DNA of 64,000 nt from the human T2T-CHM13v2.0 reference genome, Homo sapiens (GCF_009914755.1 NC_060926.1); one strand, 5' to 3'. Shown: positions 1 to 14,764, counted from the stretch's first letter. Notes: generated by a model not told the origin, from the sequence alone. A program made the numbers and translations.

Positions 1-170
1 TAACAGAAAAAGGCATGTTATGTACAAAGGAATAAAGATAAAGATAATAGTAGATTTCTTATTGGAAACTATAGAAACAAGAAAATACTGGAGTACTCTT
101 GTTTAAATACTGAAAGAAAATACTTTCAGCTTAGAATTCTCTACTCAATGAAAACATCTTTTAAAGATAT
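1..170 (+). mobile_element. Old L1M fragment (ORF1 3' region), degenerate
   Basis: A-rich sequence resembling the L1 ORF1 C-terminal region (gatttcttattggaaactatagaaacaagaaaatactgg...agaattctctactcaatgaaaacatctttt); runs off the window edge. Confidence 0.6.
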
Positions 171-796
171 AGCTTACATTATTTATTCTTTTAGTTATTC
201 TAATAGACCTTTTTTTCCAAAATTCAGTCTCTAGTATCCCACTGTAGAATTGCACCCCCTGCATTATTGTCCTGGTCCCTTCAACTGGAGAAAGGGACAG
301 CAGTCATAACTTGTTGCCAATGATACGTCCTCATGGAATGCACAAGGAAGCGGAACAAGCACCCAGAAAGTAAAAAGTAATAAGAACTAATGTTAGTGTT
401 CTTCACGTTCATAACTATGCAGTATGGACAAACGTGAAAGACCTCATGGAAACTCAGTGACAGTAAAACAATAAGATTCTCCCAGCTGCGTGGATCCTCA
501 GTGGGCAGATGATTCATTTTGCAGCTGTGTTTCCCATGGCTGACAAGGGCTGACTGCAGTCCACAGGACTTGTCAGAGGCCAGTGGTCTGATAGGTGTTC
601 TACACCAAGCAACAGAGGAAGAACAAAACTACATCTCTTCATGAAGACAAGTGCAAAAATAATATTAGTAAGAAAACACTGAGCAAATGGAGATGACTTG
701 ATTCGAGGAATGAAAAATCAAAGGGGCAGTGAAAGTGGTAACATTAAAAGTGGGAGTCACTTGGATCAACACTTAAGGGATATTTTTTGCAATATA

Positions 797-909
797 TTTT
801 TTATTATACTTTAAGTTTTAGGGTACATGTGCGCAACGTGCAGGTTAGTTACATATGTATACATGTGCCATGTTGGTGTGCTGCACCCATTAACTCGTCA
901 TTTAACATT
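797..909 (-). mobile_element. Young L1PA (L1PA3/4-like) extreme 3' end, ~110 bp
   Basis: ttttttattatactttaagttttagggtacatgtgcgcaacgtgcaggttagttacatatgtatacatgtgccatgttggtgtgctgcacccattaactcgtcatttaacatt matches the reverse complement of the L1PA 3' UTR terminus. Confidence 0.9.
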
Positions 910-919
910 CTTTTCCTTG

Positions 920-1105
920 TGTAATCTTCACAGAAAAGCCATTCTTGAAATAAGATCTCTTCTCAGTTTAGAAAAGAGAAACTGAGGTTTAGAGAGGCCA
1001 AAGAACTTGCCCACCATTCTGCAACCATTGAACAATGGGGTTAGAATGGTACCCATCTTCCTGACCCAACACTCAACATACATTCTCTTCACTGCCCACT
1101 ATTGC
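920..1105 (-). mobile_element. MIR SINE
   Basis: Core motif gaaactgaggtttagagaggccaaagaacttgccc (MIR core, reverse strand). Confidence 0.7.
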
Positions 1106-1297
1106 AACCCCACAAAATAGAAGAGGTTTCTGAATAAACAGTTGGGTGCACATATTGATATTTTGTATGTCTGAATATCAACTTCCTTACAGTGTGCACA
1201 TTTTGCACTGGTTTTTAAAATCCTTTGCTCATAGATTTTTTTTGAGAGTCCAAAAAGATGAACTTATCTCCAGGGAAATATACTTAGGTACACACAT

Positions 1298-1299
<2 letters not shown>

Positions 1300-1329
<30 letters not shown>
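1300..1329. repeat. (CA)n microsatellite
   Basis: About 15 perfect AC units. Confidence 0.95.
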
Positions 1330-1331
<2 letters not shown>

Positions 1332-2010
1332 CACATATAGTTTTGGAAGGTTCTTACGTGACCTGAAAGCTATCCATGAGCCATATAGAAGACCATGGTA
1401 ACTATCTCCTTTCTTCTTCACAAACAGCTACTATACCAAGCGTAGTTTTGTTATAAATTGAGAAAATTGAGGCTGTGAAATATTGTGACCTTCAAAGATG
1501 CACAATTTTGACCTAGTTGGTGAGAGAAATGATATCTGCCTGAGTATAAAAACACCATGTCCTACCTACCCACTGTTTTCTATTGTAGTCACCAAGTGAA
1601 CACCATACCAATGGTGTTCAAACATTTCTAGCTTTGCAAAAATGTGTATATGGAATATGTCCTAATTTACAACATGGCACAAAATATTGACTAAATTCAA
1701 TAATATCTTATCCTGGATTTTCAGATTGTCAAGGGTTTAAGAAAATATATGGAAAACATTAAAGCCAAAATATCCTGTGAATTAACTTTTTTTCCTTTAT
1801 GACAAAAGTCATTATTCAATTTAAGAAGAAGAAACTCATCAAGGGTTTGCAAATATTAATCCACATAATGAGGCCTGCACAGGGCTAATCTTGGTTATCC
1901 ACACTTCGCATATTCATTTTAATTCCTAGAATATATTTTTGTCAGAACAATGAAGAGGAGATCAATACAAATAATTTTAAATCCTTATGAAAATCTTTTA
2001 GATGTATGTG

Positions 2011-2135
2011 ACATTCATCCAGTTTTTCAGTTAATATTTGTTAAGCACCTACTATGTGCCAGCACAATGATAGAATCTGGCAATCAAAGGAGCGAAGAAT
2101 ATTGTCCTTGGCCTCAAAGGCTTCGCAGCCTTGTA
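2011..2135 (-). mobile_element. L2 3' end fragment
   Basis: cattcatcc...atatttgttaagcacctactatgtgccagcac...tgtccttggcctcaaagg is typical of the L2 3' end in reverse orientation. Confidence 0.65.
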
Positions 2136-2576
2136 GAAATTCTTTAAGAAAGAGATATGGGCATAGAGACAAGAAAAATATATGGCTAATCCATTTGCTG
2201 TTGAGGTGATTATCGCCGCTAAGAGTAAAAGTGGAAGACATAGCAAAGTCATTTGCTTTCAGTAGGAAACAACGTGGTTAGGCTAAGGAAATGTCTCCCT
2301 CGTGCAGGGACCTGTAGCACCAAGCCTACATTGGGGAATTTGTATGAAGTGAAGCAATGAAAATCAAAGTGGCCATTTAAGTCATGACAGCTACAAAGCT
2401 ATGCCATCTGCTACCCAGGCTCTGGTTTTGCCCGACACAAGCTACTCACGGGATGTTCCACATAGAGATAATTTCAGAGGAAAATAGTGCATGTAAACAT
2501 GTGTGGCCATGGAAAAATATACAGAGAAAGATGCTGAGTAGTATTCTGTGGGGCTGGGTAATACTAATAACACTTA

Positions 2577-2845
2577 TCTCCCATTCTCCTCCCCCTCCTT
2601 CTGCTCACTTCTCCCTCCACCTCTTCCCTCCATCCTCTCCTTCCTGTTTCTTCCCTCCACATTCCTCCTTGTCCTTCCTCCTTCCATCTCCTCCTCCATC
2701 CATCCTCCTCCCCCCTCCTTGTCCACCCTCCCTCTTCCTTCTCTTTCCTCCTCCTCAAGCCACTTCCTTCTTAGGCCTCCTCCACCTCCTCCCCCTCCTC
2801 CTCCTCTCCCCTCTTCTTTAGTTTCTGCTCCTGCTCCTCCTTCTT
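2577..2845. repeat. (CCT)n-like low-complexity polypyrimidine tract
   Basis: About 270 bp almost entirely C/T on the + strand; source of the Pro/Ser-rich spurious ORFs. Confidence 0.9.
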
Positions 2846-4351
2846 TATTTATAAAAGTTGTGCATTCTTCCCTTTCCTGCCTGCTTTTTTTTTTAGCTTT
2901 TTAATTTTAAGTGCACAGAAAAGCTGAAAGAAAAATGCAATAAACCCCTAAAAATCATTGTTTGCAAAAAGATCAAACAAAAATCATTTGTTGCAAAAAG
3001 CAGAAAGTATGTTTTCTGCTTTTTACATCTCTCTGCATATCCTCCCTCCGTTTCTTTCTTGCTCAAAATCTTTCTCTTTGTGTCCCTCCCTCCCCTTCAT
3101 GTCCTCCCTACCTCGCTCTCTCTCCCTTTCTTCATTTATTTAGTTATTGCACCCTTCAAAATAAGATGTGGACAACTTCACACTTTACCTCTAAATACTT
3201 CAGCATATAACTGCTGAGAACAAAGACATTCTCCTGCATAGCAACAATATCATTGTCGCCGGAAAGGAATTTAACATTGATAAATAATATTACCTAACAG
3301 ACAGTCTATGTTAACATTGAACCAGTTGTTTCAACAACATGCTTGATAGCAGCATTATTGTGGAGGGGGTGTCCAAAATCCAGTCAAGAACCTCATCTTG
3401 CCACATCCCTTTAACCTGTTTTGATGTGCGACTTTTATGACAATGACATGTGTGAATAGGCCCATTTTCTTGTGGAGTGTTTCATATTCTGAATGTATGT
3501 CACGATTAGATTGAAGTTAAACTTTGTTGATGGTGGTTACTGGGCTTCCCACAGCAGCATACGAGAAGGCACACAACTTCAGTTCTCTGCATCACTGGTA
3601 TTGTTACTTTGCTCGCTTGGAGAGGGTAGTATCTACTAGGTATCTCATTGAAGAGGTTCATCTGGACCCAAAACCTTTCATCTGGTCATTTAGTATCACC
3701 TGGTGATCCTTGCTCTAATCAATGATTATAGTGGAGGTTTAAATTGGTGATTATGGAATTCCATCATTCCTTCTATACCTGTTGGCTATTATTCTGTACA
3801 GAATTTCCTTCTACATTTTTCCCCTTTACTATCTGTGTGGACTCATATTTTTGTTTTATATTTTTATAATTCATTAATATCATTATCCTTATCCTTCAAT
3901 TGCCTGAATTTGATGAATCTTGTGATTTTTTTGCATGCATACATCATATTTTGAGCATTCTCTTGCTTTTAGGCACACCACTATGTTCCAGCGTGACCAT
4001 GTCTTTTTCCTTCCCATAACTCGGAATCAGCATTTTCTTCAAGGCACCTGGTTCTTTTCAGCTTGGTATTTCAATCAAGATTTGAACATTAGGTGTGCTC
4101 ATTGCTACTGGAGTTTCTCCTAGTCTCTCTTCAGTGGATTTCCTACTGATACTTCCAATTCCAACCTTTTTTCCAAATTTGAATCTCCTTTCTTCCACCA
4201 GGAGAATATGGGCATACAGCAACATCCATTTTTATTACGTACTAATGTTATCAATTTTATACATGGTTAATTAATTTTCTTTTTAATATTAGAGATCTTC
4301 TTATTTGTGTTTTTTACTTTACTTTTAAACGAAATAGTCTAATACCATTCA

Positions 4352-5053
<702 letters not shown>

Positions 5054-7634
5054 CAGTATTTTCCCATTTCTTAGGGAATCATTCCAGTATTTTATCTTTT
5101 ATTCTTTTGTATTTATTTTTGAAAAAAAAATCCCTTTATTTGTACAAAATCTGCAGATGTATACATATATATATATGAATGTATGTGTGTAGTGCTTAGT
5201 TTTTAATTTAAATAGTATATCCTCAAAGTCACTACATATCAATGAATACAGATATTCCTCATTCCTTTTGTAAAAAAACAGCGCTGATATATCATAATTT
5301 ATTTAACCAATCTTCTACAAATCAGCATTTTTATTTTTTGTAATATTGTGCTATTACGTATGAAGCCACAGTGAATGATCTTCTGCCTATGATGCTTTGC
5401 ATTTCTGGAGGTGGATTTTCAAGATGAAGTCCTAGAAGTGACATTGCTGGGCCAAAGGGTCAATGCACTGTGGTCTTGTTAGGTCCCGCCAAATCCTCCT
5501 CCTTAGGATGCTTTCCTCTTGCATTCCTATCAGAAATGTAGGAGAATGACAATTTCTACACCAAGTCTCAAACAGAATATTTATTGAGCCTCTGAGTACT
5601 TCCCATCTGATAGCTAAGAGATGGCATGTCAGTGCAGTTATAATTGGCATGTGCAAGCATGAGTGAGGTTGAACACTTCATAGATGTAAAGCATTTGTAT
5701 ATCTTTACTGTAAATTGTCTATCGGTGCCATTCTCCCATTTTTTGCTATAGGGATTTTTATCCTTTTTGTTATATTTAACAGTGTTTTAAAAATACATAT
5801 TGGGAGCTATCTTTTTATATTCCATGTAAGTTGAAAACATTTTTTCCCAGTATGTCGTCTTTTTAACTTTGCTTATGTTCATACATGTACATAGAAATTT
5901 TTCTACATAATACAATCTATCAATTTTTTCTTGAACTATTTCACAGGAATTCCAGACTGTTAGCGTGAGAATAATCTAAGTGAATCCCTAAATCTAAGAT
6001 GTGCACCTTTGAACCAGAGAGCCCTAGAAAGAGCAGAAGCAGCCGCTGAGGATGAATGGGCCAGGGATCCAGGACAAGCATCCCTCCTGTGCTTAAGGAC
6101 AGGAAGGATAAACAGGGTTGTACAAATGAGATCCTTTATAAGTTGGAGAGGTTTAACAAAAGGTAGAACTATGTGTATGAATATTATTTGTGGATGATAG
6201 TAATGGAAATTAGGTCATTAAGATGGAAAACAGATCTGTGCACATCTTAAAATCAAGGACCCGGATATTCATCTTCCTGGTGTCTATGTGTCTGGCACCT
6301 AGAAAATGCTCCATAAATATATTCTGAATGGAGGGAATTGAATCTAAAATGGAGCAATAAGGAACAACCACAACAGTGGAATGAAAATACTAACAGTACA
6401 AATTCAGATGCATCCTTGTGCATGTACTTTTAAGTAAATCTATTTTCTTCCACGTTCAATACAAATTTCATTTTAAAAAAATCAACCACCACGTTAATTC
6501 AAACTGGCTAGGCAGACAACAAGGCTTTGTTTTTTTAACAATAAAATATCTCTCAAATGTGTCAGGGCAAGGGAGTTGGAGAAAGCTCTTGATTTTCTTT
6601 ATTCCTACAGCACTGAACATTTTAACTACCTACAAGAGAGTGTCTTATGAATAACATACTTATGCATTTGTAAACTGTTTATGTGAGCACTAGAGAAATG
6701 ACCAGCCATCTAGATTTGAGGTGCCTGCTGATATCCACCTAGTCATTCTCTTAAAAACCAGCTGATTTCTTAATGATAGACAATAGGCCTGCCCACATCA
6801 GGCAGAAGTAGCATATTATGGGGACTGACAAATAGTTCTCAAAGCGAAGCAATTCACAGGACTCCCTTTTCCTTCTAAAGCCAAGTGCTTGGCCTTCGAA
6901 ATAAAAGAAACATTTGTTCAGTTGTTATTGAGTTTCGTTTTGTCAAGTGCATGCATTCTTGCAGAGCTGGCCCAAGAACTTTTCAAGACACCATCAGCAC
7001 AAATACAAATATTTGACAGTGCAGCTCATGAGCAACAACAACAACAGCAAAAAAAAAAACAAAAAAAAAACAGGATCCTTCCTGTCAGACCATTGCTTTT
7101 GTTCCTTCATTGGCTTGGTGTCTTTCTAATAGATTTCATTGCTATGTTCATCTGGCTCTCATGTCTTTCAACATGTGTCACAGGGGATAAACATATGATT
7201 ATCCAATCCTGACAGCCTTCAAAAAAGCACATCAGATCATTCTTTGCTGCTTTGTGGGTATCAAAGAGGCAGATCCATGCTACTCGCTGTAAATATTGCC
7301 CTCAATAAAGGGAAGTAGGGAGAAAAGGAAAGTTCCAGCTTGTTTATGTTAGCAAGATCTGTCAATCCAAACTTCCACATCTACAGATTCTTTCCTTTGC
7401 AGGCCAGACTTTGTTTTCACCAGACTATACCACTGAAGTGTGAAAATAGAGGGCAGGAGAATAGACGTGTGGCAGTCATCATTTCTGAAAATCCCTTCCT
7501 CTGTAGGCATGGATGATGGTGTTGGAGAAATAGCTCCTATCATGCACTGCATATTTTATTTTTTTTCCGTGAAGAAATAGAGATTCGAGAATGCGATTGC
7601 ATTATAAAGGGGTTGATTGATTTGATATCCGTTA

Positions 7635-7730
7635 TTCTCATGAAGGCAGAACTATGTTTTATTCATTCTGCATCCCTGAGGACAGATACCTGCTCTCAGG
7701 TTGATGCTCATAAATGTTTCCTGAGTGGAT
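7635..7730 (+). mobile_element. L2 3' end
   Basis: catgaaggcagaactatgttttattcattctgcatcc...tgctcataaatgtttcctgagtggat. Confidence 0.6.
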
Positions 7731-7895
7731 CTCAGGGTGAGGGCCTTGGACCTGCAGCACCAGCACTACTAGAAATGCAGATTCTTGGGGCCCCTCCAGA
7801 TGTGCCAAATCAGAAATGCTGAGATGGGGCCCAGGAGTTCATGTTTCCACAAGTCCTTCAGGTGATGGTGATGCATATGTAGGTGTGGGAAGGTT
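7730..7895. mobile_element. MER5A (hAT-Charlie) DNA transposon remnant
   Basis: tagaaatgcagattcttggggcccctccaga...aatcagaaat...ggggcccagga...caagtccttcaggtgat...gatgca. Confidence 0.8.
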
Positions 7896-8484
7896 CATTT
7901 TGCTAAGAAGAAAAGTAGGAGGAAAGACAGTGGATGAACGTCTGTTAAACTAAATGTTGAGGTGCATATCGTAAGGCTCCTCTCAGGGGCCAGCTCTTTT
8001 GGGAAGCTCTCCCCAAGTCCCTCTGCCCGCTTCCAGCCTACTGGCTGGGTTAGTTGTAGTGTTCTGGTGTTCTCATAGCCCCTGGTTATGTAACTATATT
8101 GTTACCTTAAAGAAAATATATTCATATCCTGAATACATGTTCTGGCTTCTACAACAATTCATCGTGATGACCCTATTCATCTCTGGAGTAAGTTCACAGA
8201 GAACAATGAGCAGGTGTATGTGTTGAAGATATCAGTTTACACAATGTTCCATTGTTGATACCAATGTCCACAGTCATATCTCTAGTTTTTGGTGTAGAAG
8301 TAAGTGTATAAATGAATTCTGACATGGAAAATACAAGAATATGCCAATACACATTTTCACAATGTGCTTTTTTAAAACAAATTGTCATATATGAAATACA
8401 TAGACTCAGGAAGACACTTCCTTCTTTCAAATATACTAACTGGATGAATCAGCCTATTGATAACCAGATGTTCATAATATATCC

Positions 8485-8857
8485 CGGATTAATAACAAAG
8501 TAACATAAACTGGGCAGCTTACACAACATTCTCTCACAGTTCTGGAGGCCAGACATGTGAAGTTAAGGTGCCAGCAGGATTGGTTCCTTCCGCGGGCTGT
8601 GAGGGGGAACCTGCTCCGGACCTCTCTCCTTGGCTTTGTGGGTGGACATGGTGATCTCCCTGTACGGGCATGTCTGGGTCCAAATCTCCCTGTTTCATTA
8701 AGACATCAGTTACATTGGATTAGGGCCCACCCTAAAGACCTCATTTTAACCTAACTCTGCAAAGGCCCCATCTCCAAATCAGGTCACATTCTGAGGTACT
8801 TGGGGTCAGGACTTCAATATATGAATTTTAGGAGGGGATGCAGTTTAACCCGTAACA
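8485..8857 (-). mobile_element. MLT1 (MLT1A-C-like) MaLR solo LTR
   Basis: ctcacagttctggaggcc...ggattagggcccaccct...gtcacattctgaggtact...aacccgtaaca is the reverse complement of the MLT1 consensus. Confidence 0.88.
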
Positions 8858-9264
8858 TACTTCAACTGTTCTCTTGGTCTTGAGGTATGCGTGCATGGCC
8901 TCAGAAGAAACAGGGAACCAGATTCAAAGCCTGTTGCATGTAGGAAAATGTCAGCGTACCCATGTCCACTTACCTCTTGACAGAAAGCATCAGACCCCAT
9001 GACCTGCACATGTGGCTGGTTTCCTGTGTTTTCCCAGAACTGCTTTTCCTCACGTGCCTCACTCCTGCCTTCCATCTTCTGACTCCCTGGGCTTCCAGTC
9101 TCAGTGTCCAGCTGCCTTGTAGGTACTTCCCTTGGCCTACAGGCAGCCTCTCTCAATGGTGAGTCAGCTTCCATCTTGATTCTGCTTTGATGCCCCCTCC
9201 CTGCCAGTCCTCAGGGTTCCTCCACTAACAGGTCCAGACACCTTCTGGCAGCCAGCCCTGGGGA

Positions 9265-9500
9265 GCCCAGCACGGTGCTGAGGGCATGGCTTTGAGTGCC
9301 AGGACGCCCGGCTGAAATTCAGGCTCTGTCACTTTCTGGCTATGAGGGCTTAGCCAATTTACTCTCATAGTAGTGCCTCAGTGGCCTTGTCTGTAACATG
9401 TGGTGGCTAATAGGACCAACCTGGTTGGGTTCCTGTGAGAATTAAATGTTTGATGGCAGTTCCTGGCACATGGTAGGCTCTGGAGGAACATTTGCTGCTG
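9265..9500 (+). mobile_element. MIR SINE
   Basis: gcatggctttgag...ggctctgtcactttctggct...gtgcctcagt...tgtgagaattaaatg...cctggcacatggtagg. Confidence 0.8.
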
Positions 9501-12500
9501 TTCATATGCTTGTTCTGGCTGTACATGCTGGTTCTGGCAACATATCGCTGCTGCTAGGCTCACACGCACTTCACATGTTATAGTCTATAAAATTCAGACT
9601 CACATTACAATGAGATGTACGTTATAATGAAGGGATGTTTTTCCCCCCTGGAAACTTTCTATTAATTCAAGAGCGCATCTTAAAATCAATGTCATTTTAT
9701 AATTCAGGAAATAATATCTTGCCATTTAATGAAACCCTATTAAGCACCAGATTGTTGACATATCTTCTTAAATCTTAAAATATTCCTGCAAGGGAAGTTT
9801 TGTTATATCTACCTTGTATGTGGCAACAGGGATTTGTAGGCATCAGAGACTTTCTGGAGGCCAGAAAGTTAAGTGGCAGAGCTGAGGTCTGAAAGGTCTG
9901 TTGGATGTCTAGATCCTTGTTCTTTATATAAAGCTAATAAGCTGGAATACTTGCCTATGAGAAAAGAAAGTTAATGAGAAGTTGGACAAATTATCACTGA
10001 ATTGATTAAAGAATAATATGGTGATGAGACTCATGCTGTGCTGTGTTAGGTTGCGCGTGTTGTGTTGTGATTATTTGTGAGAGAAACCAGCTCTGCTCAG
10101 AATGTGAATTCACCCATTTGCCTCTAATATCCGCTTGGTCAAAGCAGTATCTGGTGGACTATAGAATTAGTGTTTGTTCCTCAGACCACATCATTAAGAA
10201 TTTACTCCCTTTATCATCTTTATTATATCAGCACACAATTCTGTCACAATAAATAATACTGTGCTTATTAGTTGTTGATTGCACATACACTTTCTCTAGT
10301 GAAACTGTAAGCCTCTTACAATCAGTGCTTTCTATGCCCATTGTGTTTTATGAAAGGCAGAGAAAACAAAAAGCAAAAAAAAAAAGTTTCTAATACTAAG
10401 CTTAAAAGACCTCCTAAGGTATTGACTAGTTATATAAGTAAACCTAATACATCCTACTATTCTGATGGGAGAGGGCACTCTTCTGTAATATACATGTGGA
10501 GATACATAAGGTCATCTGCAGACAACTCTCTGCTTCTGTTGAGTTATGCAAAGCTAGCAAAGCCTGTCCTGTGCATTGCCATTCCTCATTCCAAGCACTC
10601 ATGGCAGACATCACTAATTGATCAGGTAGCTTTTACTGCTGTTGTCAGATACAACCTCTGATTGTTTTGCAACACAGCACTCAGGCAATCACCACCCATC
10701 TATTAGGGATGACATGACAAATGAAACCAATCTGATATCCCTTGTCTCACCGGTGGTTGTGAAAATAGAGAATGCAGAGCATTTAGGAAGGCGAATTATT
10801 GTCATATGCGGTAGTCAGCAGAGAATTGTGACATGGGGGTCCCTCATGTGGCCACAATATTAATATTCTCTTGCTTCAGCTGGTGTAACACTAACCCTGA
10901 TTTTAAAATCACATCAATGCTGGAGAAAGCAAAACGTTGTTCATAAGTTATTCCAGAGGAACTGATCCTATGATACTCTGCTTTTCAACAGCCCCATCCC
11001 GTTTGGCTTTCAAAAACCGTCCTTGTCCAGGCTTCTCCCGAGACTTACTAGGAATGCCCAGTTTAATCAGAAATCTTGAGGAGGAAGTCTAGATGCCCGC
11101 TGGACTTTTCTGTATAGCTCCGCAGGAGATTCAAAATGTGCATTCATGGTAGAGCACCAGTGTGCTAGGCTGTTCCCTATCAATAGTGTCAATGAAAAGT
11201 TCCTCCTGGAGTACTTAAAGGAAGATTCTTGGCAATCAAAATTCTTAGCAAACTTCAACAAAAGTATAGATAATAAGATTTTAGGCCACACAATTCTGGG
11301 CAATTCTTGGGCTGTGCACATGAGGGACTGTCTTCCCAGCACTTATCTGCCCACACCTGACCACAAGGCATTTGTCCCAGAGGCATACATCACAGGTGGT
11401 AATGCATTCCTAAGGTCACAGAGTCTGTGAAGTCCTGAGTTATTCATAAGCATTTCCACATAACATTTGGCCACTTTTTTCTGTGCTATTATAAACTTTG
11501 CCCAGAGGGAAACAGTAATTAGTTGCTTCACATTCACAAATTTCCTTAAGGTGCTTTCTTCAACTTGACACTTGCATTTCTCCTGGTAGTTTGCGGTATT
11601 TAGTCTTAGTGAAGCTTTAATGTTTTGTTTTGTTTTGTTTTGTTGTCTTGAGAAAGGAACATCTTAAAGCTTTCATGAAGAGTAAGTTTTAGAAAATTAT
11701 ATTTGGGATTGGGATGTTTTTCCTCCCAGTGCAAAATGCACAGAACTGCTTTTGATGTGACTGGTGTTTGTTTTTGTTTGCTTGTTTTAAATAAAAATAA
11801 AAAAGTTGTTCCAAAAATGTGTACATCTCACCACCATAGATTGTCTTCATTGACTATATTTTCTTTATCAGCAGTGGCTTTGCCTGCACATAAACTAGCA
11901 GGGTCAGGAAGCCACTACCAGAAGGCAACACAAGCTTAGGCCACAGGAGTAGAAGCGCAGTGTCCAGCCGCGCCCCCTCCTTCCTTGCTCTGACCGTAGC
12001 ACACTGAGCCCACCACTAATGCCTTCTCCAGTTACTGCAATCTCATCTTCTATTCTATTACTCATAGCTAATGTTATTGGCACTTCTTTCTGTAATCTTG
12101 ATGTTTGTTTCTTCACATAATTTCGATCCACCTTCCACAATTTTGCTCTTGTCCTTGAAATGCTTGGACAAATGTTTTAGCTCCAAGTCAGCAAACACTG
12201 CAAATTTAGGCTCCCTCCTCTCCTCTGGCCCATACTGACTGTTTAACACTTGCCAGTAAATAATGCTGAAAGAAGAAGTGAGAACTGTGGAGTGGATCCA
12301 GAAACACAACTGGAGCAGTATGATGTGATAGCAGATGCTGAAGAAAGAAGATAGGAAAAATCATGTAGAAATTATTTTGCCTAAATATAAAATAGGATTT
12401 TCATTAGGTCCAGCCACTCCACGGCAGATGCAATGCCTTATTCCTGCTTATAGCCCAAAAGGATGTCAACAACTTCTTGAGATTGAATTTGCACAGCCCC

Positions 12501-13572
12501 TGAGAGAAGTGACTTCCTACAACCATCCTAAGTTTAGGTGGAAGCAGCATGCCCAGCCTCAGAGGGTCACGAAATCCTCTTACTTTCGGTTGGAAGATGC
12601 ATTGGTCAGTCTGCAGCTTTGGAATCAGTCCAGGAGCAAATCTCAGCTCTGACACCTGCTGCTTGATACTGTAAAAGTTGACAAAATATCTCCACAGAAT
12701 TCTCAAGGAAATTCTTCCAGGAAAGTATCCAATGGCTATGTAATTTCTGAGTCACAGTGCCTGGTCAAGAAGCTAAAAGTCTATTGCAGGACTCGGATGT
12801 ATAAATAGACACATGTGGTAAAATTCCTGATACGGAAAGGCACAGGACCTTGTATGGAACCAGACAAGACACATGACTTACCCTGGGAGCTAAGAACCGC
12901 TTTTCAGAGAACACTAGCACCTACACAGAGTGAATTGAGCAAAGATTGGGGCTGGGCCTGCTGGAAGGTCTGCACTTCATGTGCAGATGCCCAAAGATCT
13001 GGATCCTTGCAACAAGCTATAATTTTGCTCAGGGCTGGGAGACTGATGCCAGTTGAGAATTGCTGAGCTAGCCTCTCAGCGAGATTGTGCAGCTTTCATC
13101 CTTCTCATTGCTTAAGCACAAACTGTGGTGAAAGTATGAAGACTTTATTTCTTTGCAGAAAATGACCCTGAAGAGAGGGCCAATTGCTAATGCTTGCAGT
13201 GCCAATGAATAGACAATGCTGATTCTTAGCCAGAAAATAGCTTAATAAATTACTTTGGTTCTATATTTATACAACAGTTTAGGGTCTATGGGGTTCAATT
13301 ACATTTTCCAGTTATATTTACTGCATCTAAGGTTGGAATTACATGCTACAATTTATGCAAATTTAGGGAATTTAGAATATTGTAGAACATTTCTTATAAA
13401 TGACAAGGGTATGCGCTAGTTCAAATCATTATGGCTAACGTATAGAGAATATCATGCACTGAAACCCAACTTTCCTCTTTGTAGTCTGGTCTGATGGTTA
13501 TTCCCCTGCTAATACCATAGCTTCTGTGATGGTCTGAGACTCCAGGTAGAGAACAATGAGAAAAGCACAACC

Positions 13573-13620
13573 AGACGCATGAACAAGGACCAGTATAGAC
13601 GCATGGACAAGGACCAGTAT
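13573..13620. repeat. Tandem duplication, 2 x 24 bp
   Basis: agacgcatgaacaaggaccagtat / agacgcatggacaaggaccagtat (1 mismatch). Confidence 0.95.
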
Positions 13621-14344
13621 GGCTTGTTGCTCTTCTTCATGCATACGCCTCTTTAACAAAGCCAAAAGTAATTTTCTGAAAATAAATGGGCACTCATTCA
13701 AATAAATTATTGAACAACAACAAAAAGCACATATCAAAAACATCTATGATGGTTTCAAGGAATAATGTGTCATCAGGTCAATGCTTATTGATCTCTCAAG
13801 GTTGGATACTTAATGAGACTGGTTATGTGACAGATGATACAGAATGAGGCCTTTGTGCAGAAATCTTTACAACTGCAGTTCTTTTTTCTATTGTACACTG
13901 GAGGAGATTACAAAGTATATTCAGTCTCAAGACTTGATGCTTATCCAGGGGGACACTGGATTGTGGCAACTGGGGTCCCTGGGGCTGGAATAGATTATGG
14001 GTGAAGTTAATTTGTGGTGCTCAATACAGAAGTAACCCACAGGACCACAGTGAGAAGAAAGGAAGAAATGAACCCTGACGGAGGCAGGAGTGAGATAAAC
14101 ATGAGTGTGAGTGTTTCACTGTAGAGTGGAGACATCACTCTGAGAATGTCACTTACGTGTGTCAGGGGCTTTAGCCTAAAATCACTTTAGAGCGATTTTT
14201 CTCTTACTACAGGTTTTCCTCTATGTTGGGGTGAGGGTGGGGTTCAGTGATATTGAATCTCACTCACAGAGCTCCTACTCCAAGATGGTAGAATAGTGAT
14301 CTTTTAGAAAACTCAGAATTCTGGATTCTGCAGAATTCTCTCCC

Positions 14345-14755
14345 AGATGCTACTTGTTAACAGAATTCTATTTTCCCTTTTGGCGGCACAAAACTCCTCT
14401 TCATTGCACTGAATCCCTTGTAGTATGATGTGAATGTGTAACCAAACTGTCTTTAAACAAATGTGAATGTGAATGATACTTGCCAATTCCAGGCATGGCT
14501 CTTAAGAAACCTTACACAGATGTGTCTTTATGCCCCTTTTCCCTTCCGAAGGTGGGATGGCAACACAGACGATGCCCCAGGAGGAGGGGAAGTCACCAGC
14601 TGGAGCAGTCCTGAGTCCCTGAGTTCCTGAGTGGAGTAGAGGCACCCACCAACCAGGAAAATCCATTCTGGACAATTATCTGAGGAAAAAATAGACTTCT
14701 ATTGCATTTGAGCAGTAGTACCTCAGGGCTGATTTCTTCCAGCAGCCATCCTACT
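14345..14755 (+). mobile_element. Old MLT1-type MaLR LTR (degenerate)
   Basis: 3' part aaatagacttctattgcatttgagc...gatttcttccagcagc resembles MLT1 LTR ends. Confidence 0.45.
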
Positions 14756-14764
14756 GTGCTGGTG

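Noticed and set aside
2384-2904. Pro/Ser-rich ORFs of 145 and 118 aa
   Set aside because: Produced by a stop-free (CCT)n low-complexity tract.
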